A stretch of 36,395 nt of DNA from an uncultured Acidobacteriota bacterium (GTDB taxonomy: Bacteria > Acidobacteriota > Polarisedimenticolia > Polarisedimenticolales > JAIQFR01): positions 1 through 36,395 of the forward strand of contig CAZPWK010000002.1 in assembly GCA_964590285.1 (NCBI GenBank). Direction: 5' to 3'. A program made the position numbers and the translations under genes. How positions within the stretch are numbered: the first letter of the stretch is position 1; each line of letters opens with the position of its first letter. The notes below the pieces were generated by a model. It was not told the origin of the DNA and made no database searches. It saw only the letters and a list, made by a program, of their open reading frames with translations. Shown piece by piece: positions 1 through 7,958 of this stretch.

Positions 1-1
1 C

Positions 2-1504
2 CGTCAGATCACCGCGGTCCTCTACGTGCGCGGGAGGGAGATGCGCCTGTGCCAGGAGATTCTGCTCGGAATGGGCGGCGTCCAGGCGCTTCGAGCCCTC
101 GGCGTCCAGCCCTCCGTCTGGCACCTGAACGAGGGCCACTCGGCGTTCTCGGCGCTCGAGCGGATGAAGGACCTGGTGAAGCGGGAGAGGCTCCCGGTCG
201 CCGAGGCGCTGCGGCGGGTCCGGGACGTGTCGGTCTTCACGACCCACACGCCGGTCCCCGCGGGGAACGAGGTGTTCCAGACGCCGCTCGTCGGGGAGTA
301 CTTCTCCGACTGCGCGAAGCGATGCGGCGTCGCGGTCGAGGACATCCTCGCCCTCGGCCGCTCGAGCCCCGACCGGGACGACGGGCAGTTCAACCTCACC
401 GCCCTCGCCATCCGCACGTCCCGCCACGTGAACGGGGTGAGCGAGCTGCACGGACGGGTCGCCGACGCCATGTGGCGTCACCTCAGGCCCCCGGACGCGC
501 AGGGCACGGAAGAGCCATGGGTCTCCCACGTCACGAACGGCGTCCACGTGCCGACGTGGATCGGCCCGGAGATGCACGACCTCCTCGATCGCCACCTCGG
601 CGGGGACTGGCTCGACCGCCTGCTCGACCCGGGGTTCGCGCAGGCGGTCGTGGCGATCCCGGACGCGGAGTTCTGGGCCGCGCACGAGGCGCAGAAGCGG
701 CGCATGATCGGAGTGGCGCGCGAGCGCCTGCTCGGGCACTTCGCGCGGCACGGATGGTCCCCCAGGGAGCTCGGCCGGCTGGAGCGGTGGATGGACCCGG
801 CGGCCCTGACCCTCGGCTTCGGACGCAGGTTCGCGACCTACAAGAGAGCGGACCTCATCTTCCGGGACCCCGCGAGGCTCGAGGCGATCCTGACGAACCC
901 CGCGAGGCCCGTGCAGATCGTGTTCGCCGGCAAGGCGCACCCGGCCGACCGACCCGGGCAGGACCTCATTCGCCGCATCTTCGAGGCGTCGCTCTCCCCC
1001 ACGTTCGAGGGGCGGATCGTCTTCCTCGAGAACTACAACATGGGCGTCGCGCGTTCGCTGGTGCAGGGGGTCGACGTCTGGCTCAACACTCCGAGCCGCC
1101 CCCACGAGGCCAGCGGCACGAGCGGCATGAAGGTCTCGGTCAACGGCGGGCTGAACTTCAGCGTTCTCGACGGGTGGTGGTGCGAGGGATACGACAAGTC
1201 CTACGGGTGGGTGATCGGCCGCGGCGAGGACGGCCTCGACCCGGCGAGGCAGAATCACGAGGACGCGGCGTCGTTCTACGCGACGCTCGCGGATCAGATC
1301 GTGCCCTGCTTCTACCGGCGCGATCCCGCGACCGGCCTCCCGATCGAGTGGATCTCCCGCATGAAGAAGGCCCTCGCGCGGCTGACGCCGCGATTCAGCA
1401 CGGAGCGCATGGTGCGGGACTACGCCCGCAAGCTGTACGTGCCGGTGGCGCTCGGCGAGGAGCCGGGAGCGGTGATCCGCGAGGCCCAGTTCTGGCAGCC
1501 CTGA
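2..1504 (+). CDS. glgP: alpha-glucan (glycogen/maltodextrin) phosphorylase, GT35 family. Only the C-terminal ~500 aa is present; the 5' end lies outside the window.
   Basis: The frame is open from nt 2, with no stop before the first Met at 26. It contains NEGHSAF and the PLP-lysine region EASGTSGMKVSVNGGLNFSVLDGWW typical of alpha-glucan phosphorylases. TGA at 1502-1504. Third codon positions are almost all G/C. Confidence 0.9.
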   Translation, partial: RQITAVLYVRGREMRLCQEILLGMGGVQALRALGVQPSVWHLNEGHSAFSALERMKDLVKRERLPVAEALRRVRDVSVFTTHTPVPAGNEVFQTPLVGEYFSDCAKRCGVAVEDILALGRSSPDRDDGQFNLTALAIRTSRHVNGVSELHGRVADAMWRHLRPPDAQGTEEPWVSHVTNGVHVPTWIGPEMHDLLDRHLGGDWLDRLLDPGFAQAVVAIPDAEFWAAHEAQKRRMIGVARERLLGHFARHGWSPRELGRLERWMDPAALTLGFGRRFATYKRADLIFRDPARLEAILTNPARPVQIVFAGKAHPADRPGQDLIRRIFEASLSPTFEGRIVFLENYNMGVARSLVQGVDVWLNTPSRPHEASGTSGMKVSVNGGLNFSVLDGWWCEGYDKSYGWVIGRGEDGLDPARQNHEDAASFYATLADQIVPCFYRRDPATGLPIEWISRMKKALARLTPRFSTERMVRDYARKLYVPVALGEEPGAVIREAQFWQP

Positions 1505-1551
1505 GGACGCTCCGCGCCGGTCGCGGCGCGAGTGCGAGGGAGGCGGCGGGA

Positions 1552-1734
1552 ATGAGCGGCGACGAAGAGAAGAAGGACGCCCCCGGCGAGGAGCGGACGC
1601 AGACCGGCCTCTGCGGCGAGGCCCAGGCCGACGGCGTCCCGTGCGACGAGACGGGCCGCGAGTGCGAGACGTGCGGGCGGGGCCGCGCGCCGGACCCGGC
1701 GCCTCCCGTCCGGCCCGAGCGCAAGCGCCGCTGA
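1552..1734 (+). CDS. small hypothetical protein (60 aa) with an acidic N-terminus, a Cys4 pattern and a basic Pro-rich tail
   Basis: ATG at 1552 is preceded by GAGGGAGGCGGCGGGA (a GGAGG-type RBS). Nearly every codon ends in G/C, as in the real genes here. Cys pattern is C21-x9-C31-x6-C38-x2-C41 (LCGEAQADGVPCDETGRECETCG). I recognise no family. Confidence 0.4.
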   Translation: MSGDEEKKDAPGEERTQTGLCGEAQADGVPCDETGRECETCGRGRAPDPAPPVRPERKRR

Positions 1735-1798
1735 CCCGATCTCGAGAGGAACGAGGCGCGCGGCGGCGGGCGCCGGCGCGGGCCGGGGCCGCGGGAGG

Positions 1799-1849
1799 CC
1801 CCAGGCGCGGCCGCCGTCCGGGGGGGTACGGGGGCGGCCGCGCCTGGGG
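1799..1849. terminator. perfect 17-bp GC-rich inverted repeat between convergent genes; candidate bidirectional terminator
   Basis: CCCCAGGCGCGGCCGCC (1799-1815) is the exact reverse complement of GGCGGCCGCGCCTGGGG (1833-1849), with a 17-nt loop. It sits between the + strand genes ending at 1504/1734 and the - strand gene ending at 1859. There is no U-tract, so terminator function is inferred. Confidence 0.5.
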
Positions 1850-1858
1850 AAACGAGGA

Positions 1859-3865
1859 TCAGGGTCTCGTGTCGGCGCGCTGGACGTTCGTCACGATCGC
1901 CGGCGCGACGTCGTCGATCGGCTGGGCGAGCGCCCGGGCCGAGGGGGCCACGTTCCCCGCGGCGTCCACGGCGAAGGCGCCGTAGAGGTACGTGACGCCG
2001 TTCGTCAATCCGGCGTGCACGTAGCCGTCGGCACTGCCCGGCGACGCGGGCCTCTCGGCGACCGCGTAGCCGTCCACCGGGCTCGTCGGGTAGCGCCCGT
2101 CGGTCCGGTACCGCAGGACCGTCTTGCGGAAGTCGGCGTCCGGAGGATTCGTCCATCCGAGCGCGATCTGCCGGTCCGAGGCGACCGCCGCGAACGCGGC
2201 CACGGCCTGGGTCGGGGTCTGGTCGTCGACCGGCTGCTCGGTCGGGCGGAACGACGCGTCGTTCGTCAGGAGAACGCGGTCCGCCCGGGCCTCGGCCTCG
2301 CGGCCCCCGAGCTCGACCGAGTGGAGGCCCGCGCTCAGGCTGTAGGACCTCCCGGCGACCCAGGTCCACGCTCCGGTCTCGGGTGCGACGATCTCCTGCC
2401 GCGCGGCGCCGTCCACCGACTCGAACCACGAGTCGGACGAGGTTCCCGGCCCGTAGAGCCGGACCCACAGGTACCAGGTCCCCGCCGTCGGAAGGTTGAC
2501 GCCGAACGTCGCGGTGCCCGCGGGGCTCGTCGCCGTCCCCGTCGCCGTCCCCGAGGGAGTGTCGATGAAGACGCCGCCGAAGGCGCCCGCGCCCGACGTC
2601 GCCCGGACGGGCGAGACCAGCGCCCCGCCCTCGGCGTCGAACTCGACGTAGGAGTACGTGCTGGAGGAGGTCGAGAACGTCCCGAGCGGCGACGACGTCG
2701 CGGCGTTCCCCGCGGAGTCGACGCTTCGCGCGTAGTACTCGTAGGCCGACGACGGCTCGAGGCCCTGGAGCGCGACCGAGTGGCTCTCGACCATCGCGGC
2801 GTCGATCGCCGTCTGCTGGAAACCGGACTGCCCGCTCTTCCGGTAGAAGACCTGGCTGTCGGCGTCCTCGTCCGTCGTCCAGGTGATCCGCGCCGTCGTG
2901 GCGGTCACGCCGGTCGACTGGACCGCCGAGATCTCGGGCTCGTCGGTGTCGGGCGTGGTCGAGAAGCCGGTGCTCTGCCGGTAGGTCGCCGCCATCGGAT
3001 GGTTCGCGAGGTCGTACACGCCGGTCGTGCCGCCGGCGACCTCGATCCGGAACGTACCCCCCGCCGCCAGGCTGGCCGCGGGCGTGATCGTGGCCGTGAC
3101 TCCGTCCGACGACAGAGCGGGCGAGCCCGCCGCCTGCGCGACGGGGCTCCCCGCCCCGTCGAGGAGGCGGACCGTGGAGGAGGTCACCGAGGACGGCAGC
3201 ATCGCCTCGCTGAAGGTCACCGCGGGACGGACCGTGACCGCCACCCTCGTCGCGCCGTTCGACGGCGAGGTGGACGTCACCGTCGGGGCGGCGGCGGCCA
3301 GGACGGTGAAGAGCCCCGGGCCGGCGCCGTAGACCGAGTCCGGATTCGTCACCTCGACGCTCCCGGCCCCGCCGGCGGCCGAGCTTCCCACCGTGACGCC
3401 GACCGTCAGCGAGGTGCAGGAGGCCACGGCGACGGAATTCACGGTGATCCCCGGCGCGCCGAACTGGACGGTGGCGCCGGGACGGAAGTTCGCGCCCGCG
3501 ACGGCGAGGGAGAGCGTCCGCCCCTGCTCGACGGCGGCGGGCGCCACGGCGGAGAGCGCGGGCCTCGGCCAGCCCGAGATCTCGTTCGAGTAGCTCGCGC
3601 TCAGGTTGCCCGCGGCGTCGTACGCCTTGACCGCGAGGTACCAGACCGTGCAGTCGCCGAGGCCGTCGATCGCGGCCGAGGTCACGTTGCCGACGTCGCG
3701 GCTCCCGGAGTAGCTCCCGGAAGAGGTGCCCCAGTAGACGCGGTACCCCGCGAGGTCGGCGTCGGCGACGGGGGCCCATCGCAGGTGGATCGCCCCGGCG
3801 AGCGCGTTCGGGACCGCCGCGGCCACCGTGGCCGCGATCAAAGCCGCTCTCAGGAACTGGCGCAT
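1859..3865 (-). CDS. secreted multi-domain surface protein: Fn3 repeats, IPT/Ig-like domains, an SbsA-type Ig-like domain and a jelly-roll (CBM-like) module; 668 aa
   Basis: Start is set at the internal ATG 3865, preceded by GAGGAGAGCACGGCG. It gives a Sec signal peptide MRQFLRAALIAATVAAAVPNALA/GA. Fn3-like segments include LRWAPVADADLAGYRVYWG, ITWTTDEDADSQVFYRKSG and LGWTNPPDADFRKTVLRYR, with an Ig-like Ser/Thr/Val-rich middle. Stop at 1859-1861. Confidence 0.85.
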   Translation of the reverse strand: MRQFLRAALIAATVAAAVPNALAGAIHLRWAPVADADLAGYRVYWGTSSGSYSGSRDVGNVTSAAIDGLGDCTVWYLAVKAYDAAGNLSASYSNEISGWPRPALSAVAPAAVEQGRTLSLAVAGANFRPGATVQFGAPGITVNSVAVASCTSLTVGVTVGSSAAGGAGSVEVTNPDSVYGAGPGLFTVLAAAAPTVTSTSPSNGATRVAVTVRPAVTFSEAMLPSSVTSSTVRLLDGAGSPVAQAAGSPALSSDGVTATITPAASLAAGGTFRIEVAGGTTGVYDLANHPMAATYRQSTGFSTTPDTDEPEISAVQSTGVTATTARITWTTDEDADSQVFYRKSGQSGFQQTAIDAAMVESHSVALQGLEPSSAYEYYARSVDSAGNAATSSPLGTFSTSSSTYSYVEFDAEGGALVSPVRATSGAGAFGGVFIDTPSGTATGTATSPAGTATFGVNLPTAGTWYLWVRLYGPGTSSDSWFESVDGAARQEIVAPETGAWTWVAGRSYSLSAGLHSVELGGREAEARADRVLLTNDASFRPTEQPVDDQTPTQAVAAFAAVASDRQIALGWTNPPDADFRKTVLRYRTDGRYPTSPVDGYAVAERPASPGSADGYVHAGLTNGVTYLYGAFAVDAAGNVAPSARALAQPIDDVAPAIVTNVQRADTRP

Positions 3866-4099
3866 CGCCGTGCTCTCCTCGCGGTCGGGCCTTCCGATCG
3901 CGGGAGTGCCGACTACGCTACCTTCGTGCCAACGCCGACCGAGGGGGCGCGCACCGTCTATCTGGACCGGAGACAAGGAGATCCACGAATGCGGCTTCTC
4001 GCCCCCGCGCCGGTCGGAGTACGGTAACTACTACCAGATTGCAATTCCTTCAGTTGTGGATCGGGCGGGATTACGAATGCGAATTCCCCGGGGCCGTGG

Positions 4100-5212
4100 T
4101 CACTCCCAGAACTTCCAGACCGGCTTCCTCGGCTCCCCCCCCGACTCGAGCACGACGTCGTGCACCGGGAGATGCGGGAGCGCCTCCGCGACCATGGCGC
4201 GGAACTCCTCCGGGTCCGCGTCCGGCCCGGCCTCGTTCCTCGGGTTCGTGGCCATCGCGACGAGCCTCATCGGGCGGACGACCTGGATCCGCCCCTTCCC
4301 CTTGAGCCACGCCTTGAAGTAGATCGGCGCGACGTTGATCCGCGTCGCGTCGAGGACGACGAGGCTGCACCGCAGCGGGGAGCGGACGAGGGGGATCATG
4401 AACTCGTCGTTGAGGCCGTGCGGGAGGACGACCGCGGACACGGGGGACCCGTCCGGCGCCTTGAGGGCGCGCACCGGATCGTCGAGGCGCGGGGGCAGGA
4501 CCCCCGCGGGTCTCCCGCGGGAATCGAGGAGCGCGGCGGCGCCCGACGACGCGATCTCCTCCCACGCGAGCCTCGCCGGCTCGTCGCACGGCGGGACCGT
4601 CAGCGTCTCCACGACGTAGCGCGCGGCCGCCGCCGACCGCTCGAACGACGCCGAGTAGCTCGCTCCGACGACGAGGAGCGTCCCGTCGGCGCTCCCCGGC
4701 GCCGCGAAGCCTCGCCGCTCCCACCCCCCGTCCACGAGGACGAGCCCGCCCGAGACCTCGCCGAGCCGGCCGAGCACCTCGCCCATGCCTCCGCTGCGGG
4801 AAGGCCCGTGGAGATCGACCTCGCCGCCCCGCGTCACGCGATAGATCGCGACGCGCCCGAGGGGCGTCTCGGACGCCGTCATCTCCACGAGATCGAGCCC
4901 CGCCTCGGTCCCGGGAAGCGTCCCCTCCGCCGTGGCGAGCAGCACGCCCTCGGGCAATGCGATCCGGGTCACCGGCTGCGAGTCGGGCCCCGCCTCGATC
5001 TCCTGCTCCAGCGGAAGCCGCGGCGCGGACGTGACGCCGAGCGGCCAGTCCTTCGCGTGCACCTTCCGCACGAGCCCGGTCAGCACGGTCCTCGTGCCCG
5101 CGCGCGGATGGAGCCCGAGGATCGCGACGCGCTGGCACCCCGACGCGACGATCCGATCGAGCAGCCCGGGTCCTTCCGGCGTCTTCGGCTTCTGTGCGAA
5201 CATGCCTTTCAC
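4100..5212 (-). CDS. conserved-looking hypothetical protein (~367-370 aa) with a degenerate P-loop-like N-terminus
   Basis: High GC3 and balanced composition. RVAILGLHPRAGTRTVLTGL resembles a Walker A strand-loop-helix but has GTRT instead of GK[ST]. LVLVDGGWERRG is Walker-B-like. The start is ambiguous (GTG 5212 or ATG 5203) and neither has a good SD. The gene begins 17-26 nt after the 3' end of tRNA-Cys. Confidence 0.7.
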   Translation of the reverse strand: MKGMFAQKPKTPEGPGLLDRIVASGCQRVAILGLHPRAGTRTVLTGLVRKVHAKDWPLGVTSAPRLPLEQEIEAGPDSQPVTRIALPEGVLLATAEGTLPGTEAGLDLVEMTASETPLGRVAIYRVTRGGEVDLHGPSRSGGMGEVLGRLGEVSGGLVLVDGGWERRGFAAPGSADGTLLVVGASYSASFERSAAAARYVVETLTVPPCDEPARLAWEEIASSGAAALLDSRGRPAGVLPPRLDDPVRALKAPDGSPVSAVVLPHGLNDEFMIPLVRSPLRCSLVVLDATRINVAPIYFKAWLKGKGRIQVVRPMRLVAMATNPRNEAGPDADPEEFRAMVAEALPHLPVHDVVLESGGEPRKPVWKFWE

Positions 5213-5228
5213 GAGGGAACGCGGATCG

Positions 5229-5303
5229 TGGAGGCGGCGACCGGATTTGAACCGGTGAATGACGGTTTTGCAGACCGTTGCCTTACCACTTGGCTACGCC
5301 GCC
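5229..5303 (-). tRNA. tRNA-Cys (anticodon GCA) with encoded CCA
   Basis: The reverse complement reads GGCGGCGTAGCCAAGTGGTAAGGCAACGGTCTGCAAAACCGTCATTCACCGGTTCAAATCCGGTCGCCGCCTCCA. It has a 7-bp acceptor stem GGCGGCG/CGCCGCC, anticodon loop CTGCAAA (GCA), T-loop GGTTCAAATCC, discriminator U and 3' CCA. Length is 75 nt. Confidence 0.95.
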
Positions 5304-5314
5304 GGCGAAAAATC

Positions 5315-5343
5315 AATATAGCCGCGCCTCCCGGGGCGGTCAA
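5315..5343 (-). promoter_or_regulatory. sigma70-like promoter for tRNA-Cys, and probably for the downstream CDS
   Basis: The minus strand reads TTGACC (5343-5338), a 17-nt spacer, then TATATT (5320-5315). The -10 element ends 11 nt upstream of the mature tRNA 5' end at 5303. Confidence 0.6.
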
Positions 5344-5385
5344 CGTGAATTGCGGCCGCCGACCCGACCGGCTCGGCGCGCCGGC

Positions 5386-5415
5386 TTGACGCTTCCCCGG
5401 CCCGCGAGGTAACGT
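5386..5415 (+). promoter_or_regulatory. candidate sigma70-like promoter of the riboswitch-controlled operon
   Basis: TTGACG (5386-5391), an 18-nt spacer, then TAACGT (5410-5415), immediately upstream of the riboswitch P1 stem. It is divergent from the tRNA promoter 43 bp away. The -10 element is weak. Confidence 0.3.
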
Positions 5416-5419
5416 CTTG

Positions 5420-5514
5420 CACGGTTCCGTTAGGGGTGCCGGAGCATGGGGCTCCGGCTGAGAGAAACCCTCGAACCTGAACTGGATCATACCAGCGTAG
5501 GGAAACGGGACGTG
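5420..5514 (+). ncRNA. TPP (THI-box) riboswitch aptamer
   Basis: The sequence UAGGGGUGCCGGAGCAUGGGGCUCCGGCUGAGAGAAACCCUCGAACCUGAACUGGAUCAUACCAGCGUAGGGAAACGGGACGUG carries the invariant blocks GGGGUGC, GCUGAGA, ACCC, AACCUGA, CUGGAU, AUACCAGCGUAGGGAA. P1 pairs CACG(G)UUCCGU (5420-5430) with ACGGGACGUG (5505-5514). It lies 110 nt upstream of the TonB-dependent receptor ATG. Confidence 0.93.
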
Positions 5515-5603
5515 CCGCAGGATTCCCTCGTCAGGCTCCTCCGGACCGTTCGTCTCTCGCGCTCGGGGGCGGGCGAGCGGTCCTGAGCGGAACCTCGGGA
5601 CGC

Positions 5604-5620
5604 TCCTCCCTCCGGGAGGA
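5604..5620 (+). promoter_or_regulatory. hairpin that sequesters the Shine-Dalgarno sequence; candidate expression platform
   Basis: UCCUCCC (5604-5610) pairs perfectly with GGGAGGA (5614-5620) across a 3-nt loop. GGGAGGA is the SD, 4 nt upstream of ATG 5625. The link to TPP binding is inferred. Confidence 0.4.
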
Positions 5621-5624
5621 CGCG

Positions 5625-7958
5625 ATGAAGATCCCCGGCGATCGTCGCGGGCGGCCGCGGGCGGTTTGCCTCGCCGCGGCGATCCTGGCCTCGGCTCTCG
5701 CGCTCGCGGGGGACGCGGAAGTCCCGTCCCCCGCCGAACCCCAGGCCGAGGCGGAGAGCCCGCCCGCGGAACCCGAGGCGTCGAAGCTGGTCGAGCGGAT
5801 CGTCGTCTCCGCGACCCGGGCCGAGGAGCGACGGGACGCGATCGCCTTCACGACGGTGCCGCGCGAGCGGATCGAGGAGACGAACCGCGGGGCGGACCTC
5901 GCCGTGCTCCTGGCCGACACGCCGAACGCCTACGCGTACGGCGACGCCGGAAACGGCGTCGGCTACTCGTACCTCGCCGTGCGCGGGTTCCGCCAGGAGA
6001 AGGTCGCGACCTATCTCGACGGCGTCCCTCTCAACACCCCGGACCAGCACGCGGTCTATTTCATCGACCTGGCAGACCTCGCGGGCGATCTCGACGCCTT
6101 CCAGGTCCAGCGCGGCACCGGGACCGCCCTGTACGGGAGCCCCGCGTTCGGCGGCGTCGTCAGCCTCGAGTCGCGGCACCTCGATCCGGTCGAGGGAGGG
6201 GAGATCCGCGTCGGGGCCGGATCGTTCGGGACCTACAGGGCCGATCTTCGCTACGGCGGCCCGCTCGCGGGAGGCCGCTGGGCGTGGATGGTGCGGGCGG
6301 CGCACGTCGAGTCGGACGGCTATCGCATCCCCTCCTGGACGCGCCACTCCCTCTACCAGTTCGGGCTGGAGCGCTTCGGGCGGGACTCGGTGCTCCGCAT
6401 CCGCCTCTTCGGCGGGCCCGAGAAGACGCAGCTCTCCTACTACGGCGTCCCGATCGAGTACCTGCGCGGGGACCTGAGCGGCGATCCGGACCGGGACCGG
6501 AGGGTCAACTTCCTGCGGCCCGGGGAGACCGACACGTTCCTGCAGCCGCACCTCCACGTGCTGCACGATCTCCGGATCACGGAGGGGCTCTTCCTCCGGA
6601 ACACCTGGTTCGGCGTCGTCAACCGGGGGCACTACCTCCAGTACAGCGAGAGGTACGACCGGCTCGAGGTGCCCGTGCTCGACGCGTGGCGCAAGCGCAG
6701 GCTCGCCGGGCATCAGATCGGATGGATCCCACGGCTGACCTGGGACCACGGGAGGGGCACGCTGTCGGCAGGGCTCTTCCTGCAGGTCCACACGATGCGG
6801 CACGAGGGAACGCTCCGGGAGGGCGAGATCTGCGTCTCCTCCGACCCGGAGGACCCTTGCGTCGAGACGGAGCCGCTCGCGGAGCCGCTCACGCTCTACG
6901 ACTACCGGAACCGGAAGTCGACGGCGAGCCTGTTCCTGCGGGAGGCGCTGCGGCTGCGCCCGGACCTGGTGTTGACGCTGGAGATGCAGGGAACGCGACA
7001 CGAGTTCCGCATGGGCGAGGATCGCGCCGGGCTGCCCTCCGCGCGGACGGCCTACTCGTTCGCGACCCCGAGGGCCGGGATCCGCTGGAACGCGAGCGAC
7101 CGGTGGAGCCTCTGGGCGAGCGCCTCCACGGCGGCGAGCGAGCCGACGTTCGACGCCGTGTGGAACCCCCAGAGCGAGGACCCGGCCCTGCGCTTCCTGT
7201 CGTACGACCCCGCGCGCGGACTCTACACGCGCCCCGTGGCCCGCGACGAGAGCCTCCGCCAGCTCGAGGCCGGGCTCGGGTACCGCGAGGGCGCCACGCG
7301 CCTCGAGATCGCCGCCTACCGCCTGGAGGCCAGGGACGAGCTGGTCCCGGAAGGCGGCCTCGACGAGGACGGCCTTCCGATCACGGTGAACTCGGGACGC
7401 ACGGTCCACCAGGGGCTCGAGCTCGAGGGCGGGGTCCGCCTGCCCGGAGGGGTGGACGCGTCGGCCTATCTCGCCGTCCAGCGGGACACGCTCCGGGAGT
7501 TCGTCGTGTTCGGATCGGACGCGGAGGGGCGGCCGGTCGCCGTGGACCAGTCGGGAAACCGCATCGCGTCGTTCCCCGCGCACACCGCGAGGCTCCGCGT
7601 CCGCCGCGCCTTCGGCCGCGCGACGATCGAGGCCGGCGCCCGGCGCGTCGGCACGATCTTCACCGACAACAGCGAGGACGAGCGGAAGCGGCCCTGGCTC
7701 CGCGCCGTTCCGGGGTACGTGCCGAAGAGGATCGACCCCGCCACGGTGGTGGACGTCCGGGCCCGCGTCGACCTCTCGCGTCTCGCCGGCGAGGGACGGT
7801 CGCTCCGGCTCGACCTCTGGGTGGACAACGCGCTCGACCGCCGCTACGTCGCCATGGGGTACTCGTACCCGACCGACGGCGCGTACACGGAGTTCTACAC
7901 GGAGTTCTTCCCGGCCGCGACCCGCTGCGCCTTCGCCGGGCTCGCGCTGGGCTTCTGA
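5625..7958 (+). CDS. TonB-dependent outer-membrane receptor (777 aa), riboswitch-controlled
   Basis: Signal peptide MKIPGDRRGRPRAVCLAAAILASALALAGDA. Plug-domain start RIVVSATRAEERRDAIAFTTVPRERIEE. A long beta-barrel with alternating patterns and a C-terminal aromatic residue (...FAGLALGF). Strong SD GGGAGGA. Confidence 0.92.
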   Translation: MKIPGDRRGRPRAVCLAAAILASALALAGDAEVPSPAEPQAEAESPPAEPEASKLVERIVVSATRAEERRDAIAFTTVPRERIEETNRGADLAVLLADTPNAYAYGDAGNGVGYSYLAVRGFRQEKVATYLDGVPLNTPDQHAVYFIDLADLAGDLDAFQVQRGTGTALYGSPAFGGVVSLESRHLDPVEGGEIRVGAGSFGTYRADLRYGGPLAGGRWAWMVRAAHVESDGYRIPSWTRHSLYQFGLERFGRDSVLRIRLFGGPEKTQLSYYGVPIEYLRGDLSGDPDRDRRVNFLRPGETDTFLQPHLHVLHDLRITEGLFLRNTWFGVVNRGHYLQYSERYDRLEVPVLDAWRKRRLAGHQIGWIPRLTWDHGRGTLSAGLFLQVHTMRHEGTLREGEICVSSDPEDPCVETEPLAEPLTLYDYRNRKSTASLFLREALRLRPDLVLTLEMQGTRHEFRMGEDRAGLPSARTAYSFATPRAGIRWNASDRWSLWASASTAASEPTFDAVWNPQSEDPALRFLSYDPARGLYTRPVARDESLRQLEAGLGYREGATRLEIAAYRLEARDELVPEGGLDEDGLPITVNSGRTVHQGLELEGGVRLPGGVDASAYLAVQRDTLREFVVFGSDAEGRPVAVDQSGNRIASFPAHTARLRVRRAFGRATIEAGARRVGTIFTDNSEDERKRPWLRAVPGYVPKRIDPATVVDVRARVDLSRLAGEGRSLRLDLWVDNALDRRYVAMGYSYPTDGAYTEFYTEFFPAATRCAFAGLALGF

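Noticed and set aside
49-1734. 561-aa ORF overlapping glgP in another frame
   Set aside because: The composition is extreme in Arg/Pro/Gly/Ala, with no motifs. This is typical of an out-of-frame shadow ORF in high-GC DNA. Only its last 60 codons (1552-1734) have an RBS and are kept, as a tentative small ORF.
3866-3976. N-terminal extension of the Fn3 protein to the ORF-track start at 3976
   Set aside because: The internal ATG at 3865 has a GAGGAG RBS and yields a canonical signal peptide immediately. The upstream 37 codons have no RBS and would bury the signal peptide.
1395-4027. 794-aa (minus) and 670-aa (plus) ORFs overlapping the Fn3/Ig surface protein gene
   Set aside because: Both are R/G/P/D-rich low-complexity translations. 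The 1859-3865 frame gives a signal peptide and recognisable Fn3/Ig domains, so these two are shadow frames.
3866-4040. c-di-GMP riboswitch in the leader of the adhesin-like Fn3 gene
   Set aside because: I could not align the GEMM-I or GEMM-II conserved cores (for example the GCAAACC...GACGCAAAGCC type) to either strand. Only generic GC-rich complementarity is present.
4100-5303. tRNA-Cys as the attachment site of a genomic island
   Set aside because: There is no integrase, recombinase or phage gene next to it. I could not find a second copy of the tRNA 3' segment (GGTTCAAATCCGGTCGCCGCC) elsewhere in the window. Base composition of the flanks is not obviously foreign, apart from a short intergenic stretch.
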